This document shows, one piece after another, positions 53,201-64,000 of a stretch of DNA of 64,000 nt. Source of the stretch: Mobula hypostoma (lineage: Eukaryota); assembly GCF_963921235.1 (NCBI RefSeq), contig NC_086097.1:160954001-161018000 (forward strand), written 5' to 3'. A program made the translations under genes and the position numbers. The stretch's first letter is position 1, and each line of letters starts with the position of its first letter. Below the pieces are notes generated by a model that did no database searches, was not told the DNA's origin, and saw only the letters and a program-made list of their open reading frames with translations.

Positions 53201-54535
53201 TTCCGTCCGTGGACTCACTTTACACCGCACGCTGTCGGAGCAGTGCTGCCAGAATAATCAAGGACAGGACCCACCCAGCTAACATATTTTTCGTCCCTCT
53301 TCCCTCTGGGAGAAGGCTCAGGAGCTTGAAGACTCATACGGCCAGATTTGGGAACAGCTTCTTTCCAACTGTGATAAGACTGTTGAAGGGATCCTGACCC
53401 GGATCTGGGCCGTACCCTCCAAATATCCGGACCTGCCTCTTGGTTTTTTTGCACTACCCTACTTTCCCTTTTCTATTTTCTATTTCTATTTATGATTTAT
53501 AATTTAAGTTTTTAATATTTACTATCGATTTGTACTCCAGGGAGCGCGAATCGCAGAATCAAATATTGCTGTGATGATTATACGCTCTACTATCAATTGT
53601 TTGGCGACAGTAAAGTAAAGTAAAGATGATACGAAGATAGGTAGAGGAGTAGGTAGTGCTGAGGAAGCAATGTGATTGCAGCAGGTCTTAGACAAATGGG
53701 AAGAATGGGCAAAAAAGTGGCAGATGGAATACAGTGTTGGGAAATGTATGATAATGCATTTTGGTAAAAGGAATAATAGTGCAGACTATTATTTAAATGG
53801 GGAGAAAATTCAAATATCAGAGGTGCAAAGGAACTTAGGAGGCCTTACGCAAGACTCCCAGAAGGTTAATTTACAGATTGAGTCTGTGGTAAAGAAGACG
53901 AATGCAATGTTGGCATTCATTTCAAGGAGAATAAATTATAAAAGCAAGGAGATAAACTTGAGCCTTTATAAGACACTACTCAGGCCGTACTTGGAGTATT
54001 GTCAACAGTTTTTGGCCCCATATCTCAGAAAGGATGTGCTGTCATTGGAGAGAATCCTGAGGAAGTTCACGAGGATGATTCCGGGAATGAAGGGGTTATC
54101 ATATGAGGAGTGTTTGGCAGCTTCGGGTCTGTATCCACTGGAATTGAGAAGAATGTGTGGAGATCTCATTGAAACCTACCGAATGTTGAAAAGACTCAGT
54201 AAGGTGGATATGGAGAGGATTATTCCTCTGGTGGGGGTACCAGAACCAAAGGGCACAACCTCAAAACTGAGGAGTGACTTTTTAGAACAGAGGTAAGGAG
54301 GATTTATTTTAGCCAGTGGGTGGTGGATCTGTGGAATGCTTTGCCAGAGACTGCAGTGGAGGCCAAGTCCGTAGATATATTTAAAGCGAAATTTGATAGT
54401 TTCCTAATTGGTCAGGGCATCAAAGGATATGGCGAGGTGTATGGGTTTGAGTGGGATCCAGGATCAGCCATGATGGAATAGCAGAGCAAACTCAACTGGC
54501 TGAATGGCCAAATTCTGCTCCTATGTCTTATGGTC
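50275..54535 (+). mobile_element. Long decayed CR1 LINE (ORF1 SGNH esterase, APE endonuclease, RT) with internal deletion
   Basis: VIGNSIVRG, VHIGTNN; YFNACSIRNK, GITESWL, IYRPPN, MGDFN; GVPQGS.LGP, FAD|DTK; RPYLEYC.QF.APY. Confidence 0.92.
52579..53623 (+). mobile_element. Rex1/Babar-like LINE 3' fragment inserted in the CR1 FADD motif
   Basis: [28 protein letters not shown]; (GTAAA)n tail; AGAT duplication. Confidence 0.88.
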
Positions 54536-56352
54536 TCTCTGCTTTCCAGAGGGATCACTCCCTCCGTGATTCCCTTGCCCATTCATCCCTCCCCACCTAT
54601 CTCCCTCCCAGCACATATCCCTGCAAGTGCCCTTGCAAATCTGCGGGGGTCTTCTACTGTGTCCGGTGCTCCCGATGCGGCCTCCTCTACATTGTTGAGA
54701 CCCATTGTAATTTGGGGGACCACTTCATCGAGCAGCTCCGCTTCAGTCACCAAAAGCAGAATTTCCCAGTGGGCAAGCAATTTTATTCCCATTCTGACAT
54801 GCCCTTCTCTTGTGCCAAGAGGAGGCCACCCACAGAGTGAAGGAGCAGCACCTTATATTCCATCTGGGTAGCCTCCAACCTGATGGCTTATCGTTTTCTC
54901 CTTCTGTTAAAAAAAAATTGCCCTCTCCTGATCCCCACACTGGCCTCTCAATTTCCCTGGGTCCCCTCCTCCTCCTCTCCTTTCTCCTGTAGTCCACTCT
55001 CCTATCCTATCAGATTCCTTCCTCTCCCACCCACCTGGCCTCACCTATCTCCGTCTAGCTATCCTCCTTTCTCTACCCACCTTTTCATTCTGGCATCTTC
55101 CCCCCTTCCTCTTCCTTTCCAGTCCTGAAGAGGGTTCTCAGCCCAAAACATCAACTGTTTATTAATTTCCGTAGATGCTGCCTGACTAGCTGATTTCCTC
55201 CAGCATTCTGTGTGTGTTACTTTTGAAATATATAGTATTAGAAGACATGTATTTGAGATTAAAGGAGAAAAGTTCAAAGGCAATGTGCAGGGCAAGTCAT
55301 TTTTACACGAGAGTGATAGGTGTCTGGAATGCGTTAGCAATGAGGCAGATATGATAGAAGTTTTTAAGAGGTTCTCTGATCGGCACATGATTATGCAGAT
55401 GAATAGGTACACGAATATACAAAGATGGCGGGATCTGGACCACGTTCAGGCAGGAGGGATTAGCTTAATGAGACATCATTAGCTTAATTAATGTGACACC
55501 AGATCACGGGTCAAAGGTTTGTTCCTGGCTGTGTTGTTCTATTTTCTAACATCTGTCATTTGTCCTTTCTTTACAGAATGTTCTGACTATAATTACCCAA
55601 ATCTCCTAATGTGTTTTGATGTGTATAGATTGTACTGAACCTACTCATCCTTAGAGTCAGATATGTGTTCAATTACTGATGTGGCACCAGAATTGGAACT
55701 GGTGCCACAGAGCTCCAGTGACCTGTGTTCAGTTCTGACCTCTGGTCTGTGTGGAATTTGCATGTTCTCCTGGTGGCTGTTCCTTTCAGGTTATCTGGTT
55801 TCCTCACACATTCCAAGGATATGCAGTTGATGGGTTAGTTGGCCACTGTAAATGGTGGGTTGTTGAAAGCAAGACATTTGAGAGAAAACTTGTTAGAGGG
55901 AAACAATTGAAAAATGGAACGGATGAGATTGCTCTGTAGTGGACCAGCTGAATGATGCCCTTCTCTGTCATAAGAAAATAAAAATACATTGCTCAAGACA
56001 CTGGAGAGGAATTCCCGCCCCCCCCCCCGCACTGTTACCCCTTGAGTATAGTCAGAATAAATCTGACATGATTAACGTTAAATACTTAGAGAAAATCAGC
56101 TGCTTTTTTCATTGAGGTACATGAGACATCTGATCTCACCTTTGCCATCATTGCTGCTCCTGGCATGGGTTCAGTCACCCAACAGAGGCAATAGTGGAAA
56201 AAGCTTCAGATCCATCTCTTCATAAAGGGAAAGGCCAAAATTAGGAAAAAAGAAGTAAGATTGGAATGTTTTGTTATTTAAATATGAAAGTGTGAGTAAT
56301 GATCTGCTCTTATAGTTTCAGATATTAATAATTTATTTTTAAATGCATCTAG

Positions 56353-56451
56353 TCGAAACGGACACCTCTACACCTGGCAGCAGCAAATGGGCAGCTTGAT
56401 GTCTGCAACACTTTACTCAAGATGAAGGCAGATGCAAATGCCACTGATATC
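56353..56451 (+). CDS. trpn1: TRPN1 exon 13 (SKRTPLHLAAANGQLDVCNTLLKMKADANATDI)
   Basis: TAG/GTAAGT, 99 nt, phase 0; matches NompC KQTPLHLAAASGQMEVC..LL. Confidence 0.94.
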
Positions 56452-56939
56452 GTAAGTGGACTGAAAACTATTTGATCCAAATATTGCCCGGCGAAACTGA
56501 AGCCAAATTCCAAAGAAGCTTCCTGAGTATAATAAGTTACTCCTAAATTCAAATCAATAACTTTTATTCATTCAGATCTTTAAAACAGTCCGGGCACTCC
56601 AGAAGGGTGTAAACAAACTGAAACCCTGAGCTGAGGTGTGGCAAGGTGCCTCACTACTCCACTGACCCTGGTTCAATCATGTTCTTCCCCCCCCCCCCCC
56701 CCAACATCCCAGAGATAAGCTGGTCACTTGAAATTATTCTCCTAATGCAGCTGAATGATGCACTCTGGGAGGAGGAGTTATAAGACTAGTGTAAATGGAT
56801 GCTTGATGGTTTGCACAGACTTGGTCAGCCTGTTTCTCAATGATAACTCCATATAAAAGGAAATTAGGACAGGTGACCAAAAGCTTGAAGAAGTTTTTAG
56901 CAAGAAAAAAAAGTGAATTCCAAAATGCAGGGATTGGAG

Positions 56940-58880
56940 AGATTCAAGCAGACTTCAATTATACTGGTGCCTAAGAAGAACATGGTAACCTGTCTCAATG
57001 CCTATCACCCAGTAGCGCTTACGTCCACTGTGATGAATTGTTTTGAAAGGTTGGTGATGAAACATATTAACCCCTACCTGAAAAGCATCTTGGATCAGCA
57101 ACTTGCCTACCGCACAACAATTCACAGTAGGTTCCATTCCATTGGCTCTTCACTCAACACTGGAACATCTGGATAGCAAAGCTGCATACATCAGGATGCT
57201 CTTTATTGACTGTAGCTCAGTATCCAATAGTATCACCCCCTCAAAACTAATCAATAAGCTTCAAGGCTTTGGCCTCAATACCTTCTTGCACAATTGGATC
57301 CTGAATCACAGACCCCAGTCAGTTCGGATTGGCAAAAACACCTCCTCCACAATCTCCATCAGCACTGGTGCACCACAAGACTGTGTGCTTTGCCCCCTAC
57401 TTTACTCACTTTATACTTATGCCTGTGAGGCTAAGCACCATATTTAGGTTTGCCGATGACATCACTGTCGTTGGCCGATTCAAAAGTGGTGATGAATCAA
57501 CATATAGGAGGGAGATTGAAAATCTAGCTGAGTGGTTCCATAACAAAAACCTCTCACTCAATGTCAGCAAGATCGAGGAACTGATTATTGACTTCAGGAG
57601 GAGAAACTGGAGGTCCGTGGTCCACGAGTCAGTCCTCATTGGGGGATCAGAAGTGGGGAGGGTCTTTGGTGTTATCATTTCAGAGCATCAGTTCTTGGAC
57701 CAGCACATAAGTGCTATTACAACAAAAGCACAGCAGTGCTTCTTCTCCCTTAGAAGTTTGCAAAGATTCGGCATAACATCTAAAACTTTAATAAACTTCT
57801 ATAGATGTGTGGGGGAGATATATTTTTTCTGGCTGATTCACAATCTGGTGTGGAAACACCAATGCCCTTGAACAGAAAATTCTCCAAAAAGCCTGACCCA
57901 GCCAAGATGGGTAAAGCCCTCCCCTCCATTGAGTACATCTACATGGAGCACTGTCGCAGGAAAGCAGCATCCATCATCAAGGACCTCCACCATCCAGGCC
58001 ATGCTCTCTTCTCACTGCTGCCATCAGGAAGAAGGTTCCGGAATCCTCAGGACATGCACCAGGTTCAGGAACAGTTATTGCCTCTCATCTCACACAAAAT
58101 ACTGGAAGAACTCAGCAGCCATGCGGCATCTAAGGGAAAAAGTACAGTTGACATTTTCGGCCGAAACACTTCAGCAAGACTGGAGAAAAAAAGCTGAGGA
58201 GTAGATTTAAAAGGTGGGCGAAGGGGAGAGAGAACGACCAAGTGATAGGTGACACCTGGAGGGGGAGGGATGAAGTAAAGTGCTGAAGTTGATTGATGAG
58301 ATGGGGTGAGAGAGGGAAAAGGGGATGGGAAATGGAGAAGGGGGGGGATGTTGGGGAGCATTACTGGAAGTTTGAGAAATCAATGTGCATGCCATCAGGT
58401 TGGAGGCTACCCAAACAGAATATAAGGTGTTGTTCCTCCAACAATTGTGGCCTCAGCATGACAGTGAAGGAGGCCATGGATGGACATATCGGAATCGGAA
58501 TGGGAGTGAGAAGTGGAATTAAAATGGGCAGTCATTTTGTGTGTGTTGCTAAGATTTCCAGTATCTGCAGATTTCCTGTTGATTGCCCCTCATCTGTCAG
58601 GCTCTTGAACCAAAGGGGATAACTTCATTCAACTTCATCCTCCTCACCTATGAACTCTCTTTCAAGGACTCTTCATCTCATGTTCTCAATATTTATTGCT
58701 TATTTTTTTTATTCTTTTGTATTTGCACGGTTAGCTGTCTCTTGCACATTGGTTCATTCTGTTGGGTGCGGTCTTTCATTGATTCTATTGTGTTACTTGA
58801 ATGCCTACAAGAAAAGGAAGGCATGCAGATACTGACATATAAGTACCTTGATAATAAATTTACTATGAAATTTGAACTTT
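56940..58880 (+). mobile_element. Rex1/Babar-like LINE RT + 3' end, interrupted by a Penelope insert
   Basis: [40 protein letters not shown]. Confidence 0.88.
58091..58581 (-). mobile_element. Penelope 3' fragment with inverted terminal piece
   Basis: GSLQPDGM.IDF on - strand; TSD ATTGCC(T/C)CTCATCT (58077-58090/58582-58595). Confidence 0.85.
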
Positions 58881-58929
58881 GGAGAATTGAATACATGGGA
58901 TAGGACTCAGGGAAGACCAAGATTTAAGA

Positions 58930-59645
58930 ACAAGTGCAAAGTGTTGAACTTTGGCAGAACAGACCAGGTAGGATTTACACAGTGAAAGGAAGGGCACTGA
59001 GTTGAGCGGTATAACAAAGGGATCTGGAAATAGTGATCCATAATTCCTTGTAAGTCATGTCATAGGTAAATAGGGTCATGAAGGAAGCATTTGGCATATT
59101 GGCCTTCATAAATCAGGGTATTGAGTAAAGGAATTATGTTATGTTAGTTGAATAAGGTGATGGTGAGTTTGAATTTGGAGTATTGTGTGCCATTCTGCTC
59201 ACTTGAAAGAGAAAATATTTATAAGGATGCTGCCAGGATCTTTGGGACCTGAATTATAAGGAAAGGCTGGATAGGTTAGAAGTTTTATTCGCTTGGAAAG
59301 TAGAAGAATAAAGAGAGATTTTACAGAGGTTTACGAAATTATGAAGGGTATAGATAGGGTAAATACATGCAGTCATTTTCCCTTGAGGTTGTGTGAGATT
59401 ACAACTGGAGGTTATAGATTTAGGGAGATAAGGTAATGTAAGTGTAGAAAGAGCTATTAGTGGAAGTGGTGGATGCAGATTCTATGACAATATTTAAGAG
59501 AAGTTTGGATAAGTACATGGATGGGAGGAGTATGGAGGGCTATGGGCCAGATGTTTGTTAGTAAATGGGATTAGGCTGAAAAACAGATCGTCACAGATAG
59601 ATGGGCCAAAAGGCCTGTTTCTATGCTGTAATGCTCTATAACTCT
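58930..59645 (+). mobile_element. Degenerate CR1 3' fragment
   Basis: TTGGAGTATTGTGT (LEYCV), YEIMKGIDRV, GGCCTGTTTC...CTCTATAACTCTA tail. Confidence 0.75.
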
Positions 59646-59939
59646 AAGAAGCGGAGCCCAGTGATTGTGGCAGCTGCCAGAGGTTTACAAGAGGACAAAG
59701 GTTTTGAGGAATATGAACCAAGGATGAGTGTTTTAAACGATTAAATATGGACTGCAAGTGGAGAAGTGATAGGTCAATGGAATTTGCATATTAAACCATG
59801 GAGAAATTGCAAAGTCAGTGCATTAGGTAATCAAACATAGAGAGTGGGAGTATTTTTTTAAGTAGTGAGAGATTGAAAATGTTTACTGTTTACAGGACCT
59901 GGTTATCCTTGAATGCAGATCACTGAGAGTTAATGTAGG

Positions 59940-60802
59940 ACTTCTGGTCAAGATGGCACCTGCGTACAATGCTCCTTCGGTTGACCTCTTCTGGATAGAT
60001 TATCAAACTGTATATTTCACTTTTTTATGTCTTTTACGTTTTTTTTTGTCTTGGGTGCAGTTCTTGAACAGTTGGAACCAGTGATTTGCTGTTTCGAGAC
60101 CATTTGTGTGTTCCAGCGCTCTGTAGTCTCTGGGGGGGATTCCGGGACCTGGACCTGAAAGCGAGGAAAGATCCGAGACTTGATCAATTAAATTAGCGAG
60201 CTGAATTGAAAAAGTTGTGCGTGGGCTGAATTGAGGTGATGGGGCATCAGCCTGAGAGCATATTGAAGTGCAGGTCGGGTTCGAGAGCAAAGTCTGGGCA
60301 ATTTTAGAACCGGGCCTGATTGAAAAGGACAGGGTGAGGGGGCCCAAGGAAAGGCACAGGCCAGTTCAAATCACTGCTCTGTGAGGTTTACTCGTCACTG
60401 CGTTGAACTTCAACTCGTTACTCTGCAAGGTTTACACATCTCTGCACCGAGCTGTGGCTGTGACATGCAACTATCACAGTGTGGACTCACTTTTGTGAAC
60501 TTCAGTTCCGAATGCTATTTGGTTACTTTTATTGTTTCCACATTTTCTTTCTCTGCATGTTGGGTGTTTGATGGTCTTCTTTTGTTATAATCAGTCCTAT
60601 TGGGCTTCTTTGTTTTGAAGCTGCCTGTAAGACAACTCTCAGTGTTGTATAAAGTATACATACTTTGATAATAAGTGTACTTTGAATTTGACTTTGATGA
60701 TCATACTGCCTTTCGTTTCTTTCTTGGCTTCATGGCTACCCGGAGAAGAAGTACTTCAAGAATTGTATACTTTGATAATAAATGAACCTTTGAACCTTTG
60801 AA
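59940..60802 (+). mobile_element. Unclassified non-coding retroposon-like element (AAGATGGC head, (CTTTGAA)n tails)
   Basis: Head and tail similar to 44515-45452; two successive ATAATAA + TTTGAA tails. Confidence 0.55.
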
Positions 60803-61179
60803 ATATAATTAATTAGGAAGATAAACAGTATGTTTATCTTTGTTTTAAAATCATTATGAGCATAGATAAGATGGATAGTCACAGTCTTTTACCCAAGGTA
60901 GAGGAGTCTAAGGATATAGCTTTCAGGTGGAAAGAGGAAAATTCAAAAGGAATCTGAGGGGGCAACTTATTCACACAGAGAATGGTGCATTTCAGAGTCA
61001 AAGTCAAAGTAAATTTATTAATAAAATACATATATGTCACTATTGAGATTCATTTTCTCGCAGGCATTTACAGGACGATAAAGAAATTCAATAGTTATAG
61101 AGTCTATAGGTTGTGAAGTTGTTTCAGAGTTGAGGTGAGTGAAGTTATCCATGTTGGTTCGGGAGTACCTGGAGAAATG

Positions 61180-61760
61180 CATGCACTTCTGGTCCCCTTA
61201 CACCTGGAGTACTGCATGCATTTCTGGTCTCCTTACTTGAGGAAGGATATATTGTCTTTGGAGGGAGTGCAAAGGAGGTTCACTAGGTTGATTCCAGAGA
61301 TGAGGAGGTTATACTATGAAGAGAGATTGAGTTGCCTGAGACTGAATTTAGAAGAATGACAGGAGATCTTACAGAAACATAAAGTTATGGAAAGGATAGA
61401 TAAAATAGAGGCAGGAAAATTGTTTCCACTGGTAGGTGAGACTAGAACCAGGGGACATAGCCCCAAGATTTGGGGGAGTAGATTTAGGATGGAGGTGAGG
61501 AGGAACTACTTTTCCTAAAGAGTGGTAAGTCTGTGGAATTCTCTGCCTAGTGAAGAAGTGGAGGCTACCTCAGTAAATATACTTAAGACAAGGCTGAATA
61601 GATTTTTGTATAGTAGGGGAATTAAGGGCTCTGGGGAAAAGGTAGTTAGGTGGAGATGGGTCCATGGCCCGATCAGCCATGATCTTATTGACTGGCAGAG
61701 CAGGCTCGACAGGCCAGAAGGCCTCCTCCTGCTCCTATTTCTTAAGTTCTTATGTTCTTA
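61180..61760 (+). mobile_element. CR1 3' fragment
   Basis: HLEYCMHFWSPYLRKDILSLEGVQRRFTRLIP; (TTCTTATG)n tail. Confidence 0.87.
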
Positions 61761-61761
61761 T

Positions 61762-62350
61762 GAGCCTGATGGATGTAGGGTAATAACTGTTCTTGAACCT
61801 CGTGGTGTAGGACCTAAGGCCCCTGTACTTCCTGCTCAACTGCAGCAGTGAAAGGAGAGCTTGGTTCACATGGTGGGGTCCATGATGATGGATGTTGGTT
61901 TCTGTTGACAGCACTCTTTGTAAGTGTGCTCAGTAGCGGGGAGAGCTTTGCCTGTGATGGACTAGGCTGTGACTTTTCTCTTCCTGGGCATTGGTGTTTA
62001 CATATCATGCTGTGATGCCACTATAGTGAGGATACTCTCCACTGTGCATCTATAGAAGTTTGTCAACGTTTTAGATAACATGTTGATTCTACAGTATGCA
62101 AACCTTTTAAGAAAGTAGAGACAATGTCATGCCTTCTTGGTGATGTCAATTACGTGTTGGTCCCAGGACAGAAACTTTCAACTGAACCTCTCAATCTCTG
62201 CTCCCATAATAAGGACTGGCTCATAGACCTCTAGATTTTCCCTCCTGTAGCCAATAATCAGCGGGCATTGAGTGAGAGGTTGTTGCTGTGCCCCATTCAA
62301 TAAGACTTTCAGTCTCCTTCCTTCATGTCAGTTTGTCACCACTCTTGATT
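61762..62350 (-). mobile_element. Degenerate Rex1-like LINE 3' fragment
   Basis: Antisense similarity to the other Rex copies (CATCTATAGAAGTTTGT, GCCTTCTTGGTGATGTCAAT). Confidence 0.6.
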
Positions 62351-62599
62351 TGGCCAACAACAACAACATTTATGGAACAAGCTGCCAGAGGAAATGGTAC
62401 AGATTACAATCGCTTGCAATATTTAAAATACACTTGGACAGGTTTTACATGGGTAGAAAGGTTTTAGAGGAAATGGGCTAAATACAGGCAAGTGGGAGTA
62501 GCTCATTTAGGCAACTGGGTTGGCATAGATGCGTTGAGCTGAAGGGCCTGTTTCTATGCCGTAAGCGCTATGAATCTATTACTCATAGATTTGATTAGA

Positions 62600-63160
62600 A
62601 TTCTAGAGAAGACGTTGTCCAATTAGGTATGGCCCTGTTGAAACAGTGTTTAGTGTAACATATACAGGTGTGCTCTACCTACTTAAGGACAGATATGCTA
62701 ATGATAAAGACAGTACAGCAATAGTTCTGTGATGGTTGATTTGTGATATGAAGAAAGTGAACTTGGTGGGGTCTATACTCTCCGAAGTTTAGAAAAATAG
62801 GACTTTATCTCATTGAAATGTATAAAATTCTAATGAGGCTTGACAGAATAGATGTGACAATGATGTTTTCTCTGTATTGTCAAGAACCACAGGTCAAAGT
62901 CTCAGAATAAAGTTCTGGCCATTCAGGAGAGAGTTGAAATCTAATTCTGCACCCAGTTCATAGTGAATCTCTGGAATTCTCTGCCCAAGAGGGCAATGGA
63001 GGGTCAATACTTCAATACATTCAAGGAATAGATTTCAGATATAAAGGAAATCACGAGGTTAGGATTTGATCAGGAGATTAGTGAGAGGTAAAAATAAATA
63101 GCCATAATGAAATGGTGAAGCAGGCATGAAGGACTGATTGACCTACCCGTGTTTCTTAAA
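62600..63160 (+). mobile_element. Degenerate CR1 3' fragment
   Basis: ATCTCATTGAAATGTATAAAATTCT and GTGAATCTCTGGAATTCTCTGCCC CR1 signatures. Confidence 0.7.
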
Positions 63161-64000
63161 TGGGAGGTAAGCTGAGAGGAAGATGCAGGCAGGTGGTATT
63201 AGTTAGATTGGAATCATGGTGTGTACCAATGTGATGGGCCAAGAGCCTGTCGCATACTGCTCTGGTGGGATGAAATGTATTGTGGCTACCTTTTACTCAT
63301 TTATGTACACCCTTCTCTCATCTGTATTGCCATGTGTTTACATTGTCCCAGTGAGTGTGCTAAATGAAAGGATCTAAGTAGAATCAAACTCGTTTCAAGT
63401 CTCGGGCACATGAATGCCATAAGGGCAATATTTCTGTTTTCAGTTTTATTAGTTAAATCAAAACTACTGAAAATTTAACTCCAGTACTGAAATTCAAGGG
63501 AACAAAGATGCCTTATGGCTTGAACTGGATTTATTCAGTAGCTTCACGAGTCAAGTATTGGGGAGGGGAAGAGGTACATATTAGTAGAGAGTGCATAACT
63601 ATAATGACTTCAGAGGCATCTATATACATGTAAAGTTAGAAACACATATTCTCACTCTCACATTCAGCAAGTTTTAATTATCTTGTTTCAGCACATTCTT
63701 TGCAGTTAGTAATATTCTGACTGAACTCGCCATCACAATTTTTTTTCTCAATTTTAATAGTGTTACAGCTTGTATTTTCTCTGCAATCTTTTTTTATGTT
63801 AACAATCTTCACAACGCTGTACCAACAACAATACAAGAGCACCAAGCCAAGTCATGAACATTTTATATATGTAAAACATTTTACTAATCATTTAAGCTGC
63901 ATCTTCAAGGGCAAATCATATTCAGGGAGAAATAGTAAAGAAAAAGAAGAATAGAGATAAATTGTAGCTAAGGGTAAAAAAAAGGTAATTTCTTTCTATG

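Larger units (their letters stand above)
49395..55220 (+). mobile_element. Penelope-like element split into three pieces (49395-49529, 50123-50270, 54535-55220) by nested LINEs
   Basis: FTWAISDNSLPFLDL..HTDSHGYLDY|TSCHP..CKNAIPFSQFL; GIY-YIG YCVRCSRCGLLYI.ET; terminus with decayed hammerhead. Confidence 0.85.

Noticed and set aside
56452..64000. Next TRPN1 exon (expected GQxPxHxAAxN-type repeat)
   Set aside because: Not found by eye; probably beyond the window end, so its absence is not evidence of pseudogenisation
1..64000. Prokaryotic systems (CRISPR arrays, operons, retrons) and most short ORFs in the track
   Set aside because: Spliceosomal exon-intron structure and vertebrate TEs throughout; no regularly spaced repeats; short ORFs are TE fragments, antisense shadows or chance

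Overview
Eukaryotic, repeat-dense vertebrate DNA. The repeat mix (CR1, Rex1/Babar-like LINEs, Penelope-like elements, V-SINE/HE1-like SINEs) suggests a cartilaginous fish; the species cannot be fixed from this window. The window lies inside one + strand gene: 13 AG/GT-bounded, phase-0 exons (5430-56451) splice into a stop-free 526-aa run of 15 ankyrin repeats collinear with NompC/TRPN1. The start and the channel domain are outside the window. The introns carry a decayed minus-strand Gypsy element (both LTRs, TACT TSD, tRNA-Pro PBS, PNMA-like gag) with a nested hAT remnant, a Tc1-like MITE, a deleted Harbinger, an L2 piece, many LINE and SINE fragments, and a three-level Penelope/CR1/Rex nest. 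The most interesting unannotated signal is a family of Penelope-derived termini carrying minimal type I hammerhead ribozyme motifs: one core-intact copy at 2326-2361 and about ten decayed ones. Several occur as short fold-back inserts with 8-15 bp target-site duplications. Exon coordinates were counted by hand; most repeat boundaries are approximate. Most ORFs in the supplied track are TE debris or noise.
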